Assembly (NCBI RefSeq): GCF_023585785.1
Contig: NZ_CP097765.1
Coordinates: forward strand, 450,001 to 482,000
DNA: 32,000 nt
Direction: 5' to 3'
From: Blochmannia endosymbiont of Camponotus modoc
Lineage (GTDB): Bacteria; Pseudomonadota; Gammaproteobacteria; Enterobacterales; Enterobacteriaceae
Position 1 is the first letter of the stretch; each line of letters opens with the position of its first letter. Shown here in pieces: positions 31,201-32,000 of this stretch. A program made the translations under genes and the position numbers. The notes below the pieces were generated by a model. It worked only from the letters and a program-made list of their open reading frames with translations, was not told where the DNA came from and did no database searches.

Positions 31201-32000
31201 TCAAGAATTAAACGGATTACGTAATATTATTATTGCAGAGCGGTCTGAACCGGTAGAAACAATATGTATAGGAACCCCAATAAGTTCCTCTATACGTTTT
31301 ACATAAAGCTGTGACTCCTTAGGAAGCTGATGAAATTCCGTGATACCTACGGTACTTATCATCCAGCCAGGTAATGTTTCGTATATAGGTACACAATTTT
31401 CCAGTTCTTCCAAAGAACATGGAAAATTGTGTATTACTTGTCCATTTTTCTTGCGATATGCAATACAAATTTTTAGCTCTTTTAAGCCATCCAAAACATC
31501 AAGCTTTGTTAAACAACACGAAAAAAAAGAATTAATTTTTACAGAATACCGCACTGATACCGCATCGAACCAACCAGTACGACGACGACGTCCAGTAGTA
31601 GAACCAAATTCATTTCCATTCATACATAACCAATTACCTATATCATTTGACAATTCTGTAGGAAAAGGACCAAATCCAACACGAGTAGAATACGCCTTTA
31701 CAATACCTAAAACATAATCAATATAATTAAGACCAACTCCCGCACCAACACTTACACTCCCAGCAATAGTATGAGTGGAAGTAACATAAGGATATGTTCC
31801 ATGATCAATATCTAATAAACTACCCTGTGCTCCCTCAAATATCACTGAATCACCCCGTTTTGCAGCATCATCTAATAACTCAGGCACATCAACAACCATA
31901 TCTATCAGTATGTCAGATATCGACATAACTTCATCTAAAACAATCTGATAATTGATAGGCTGTGTTTTATAATAATGAATTAATTGAAAATTATAATAAT
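31201..32000 (-). CDS. purA: Adenylosuccinate synthetase; 5' end lies beyond the right window edge
   Basis: The ORF matches the C-terminal ~266 residues of E. coli PurA ([46 protein letters not shown]). The frame stays open upstream of the track's internal Met (31926) to position 32000, reading ..[24 protein letters not shown]. The gene is therefore simply cut by the window. Confidence 0.95.
   Translation of the reverse strand, partial: YYNFQLIHYYKTQPINYQIVLDEVMSISDILIDMVVDVPELLDDAAKRGDSVIFEGAQGSLLDIDHGTYPYVTSTHTIAGSVSVGAGVGLNYIDYVLGIVKAYSTRVGFGPFPTELSNDIGNWLCMNGNEFGSTTGRRRRTGWFDAVSVRYSVKINSFFSCCLTKLDVLDGLKELKICIAYRKKNGQVIHNFPCSLEELENCVPIYETLPGWMISTVGITEFHQLPKESQLYVKRIEELIGVPIHIVSTGSDRSAIIILRNPFNS

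Noticed and set aside
31340-31717. 125-aa plus-strand ORF
   Set aside because: It is antisense to purA, which is well supported.
31924-31926. Apparent purA start at an internal Met, suggesting a truncated 241-aa protein
   Set aside because: The frame stays open and PurA-like to the window edge (..[22 protein letters not shown]), so the gene is cut by the window.
1-32000. Search for a novel accessory, defence or mobile system (integrases, transposases, TA pairs, CRISPR/cas, phage genes, unexplained long ORFs)
   Set aside because: Every ORF longer than about 90 aa that is not antisense to another gene is a recognisable core housekeeping ortholog in conserved synteny. The spacers are short and contain no ORFs. 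I see no evidence for such a system here.

Overview
This is a visibly AT-rich, gene-dense window (base composition not computed). 24 of its 26 protein genes and both tRNAs lie on the minus strand. The content is core housekeeping and is collinear with two E. coli K-12 blocks fused at about 21.0-21.2 kb. Block 1 is deaD(partial)-pnp-rpsO-truB-rbfA-infB-nusA-[rimP remnant]-tRNA-fMet-tRNA-Leu-secG-glmM-folP-ftsH-rlmE-greA-obgE-rpmA-rplU / ispB. Block 2 is ppa / tamB-tamA-cysQ-rplI-rpsR-rpsF-rlmB-purA(partial). Genes that sit between these in E. coli (nlpI, argG, yhbY, dacB, yhbE, priB, rnr and others) are replaced by non-coding AT-rich spacers of 70-615 bp. This pattern fits a reduced-genome Enterobacterales insect endosymbiont, possibly Blochmannia-like, but I cannot verify that without a database search. 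I found no CRISPR array, mobile element, prophage, toxin-antitoxin or defence-like module, and no convincing novel gene system. Four things deserve a second look. (1) tamA is broken by a frameshift inside an A10 homopolymer, and one extra A restores the frame. (2) Two perfect 20-bp inverted repeats are far beyond chance expectation, one inside the conserved core of obgE and one just after cysQ. (3) truB lacks its PUA domain. (4) Recognisable decayed remnants of rimP, and more weakly of priB, survive. Several ORF-track starts are over-extended; I corrected them using homolog length and Shine-Dalgarno spacing.
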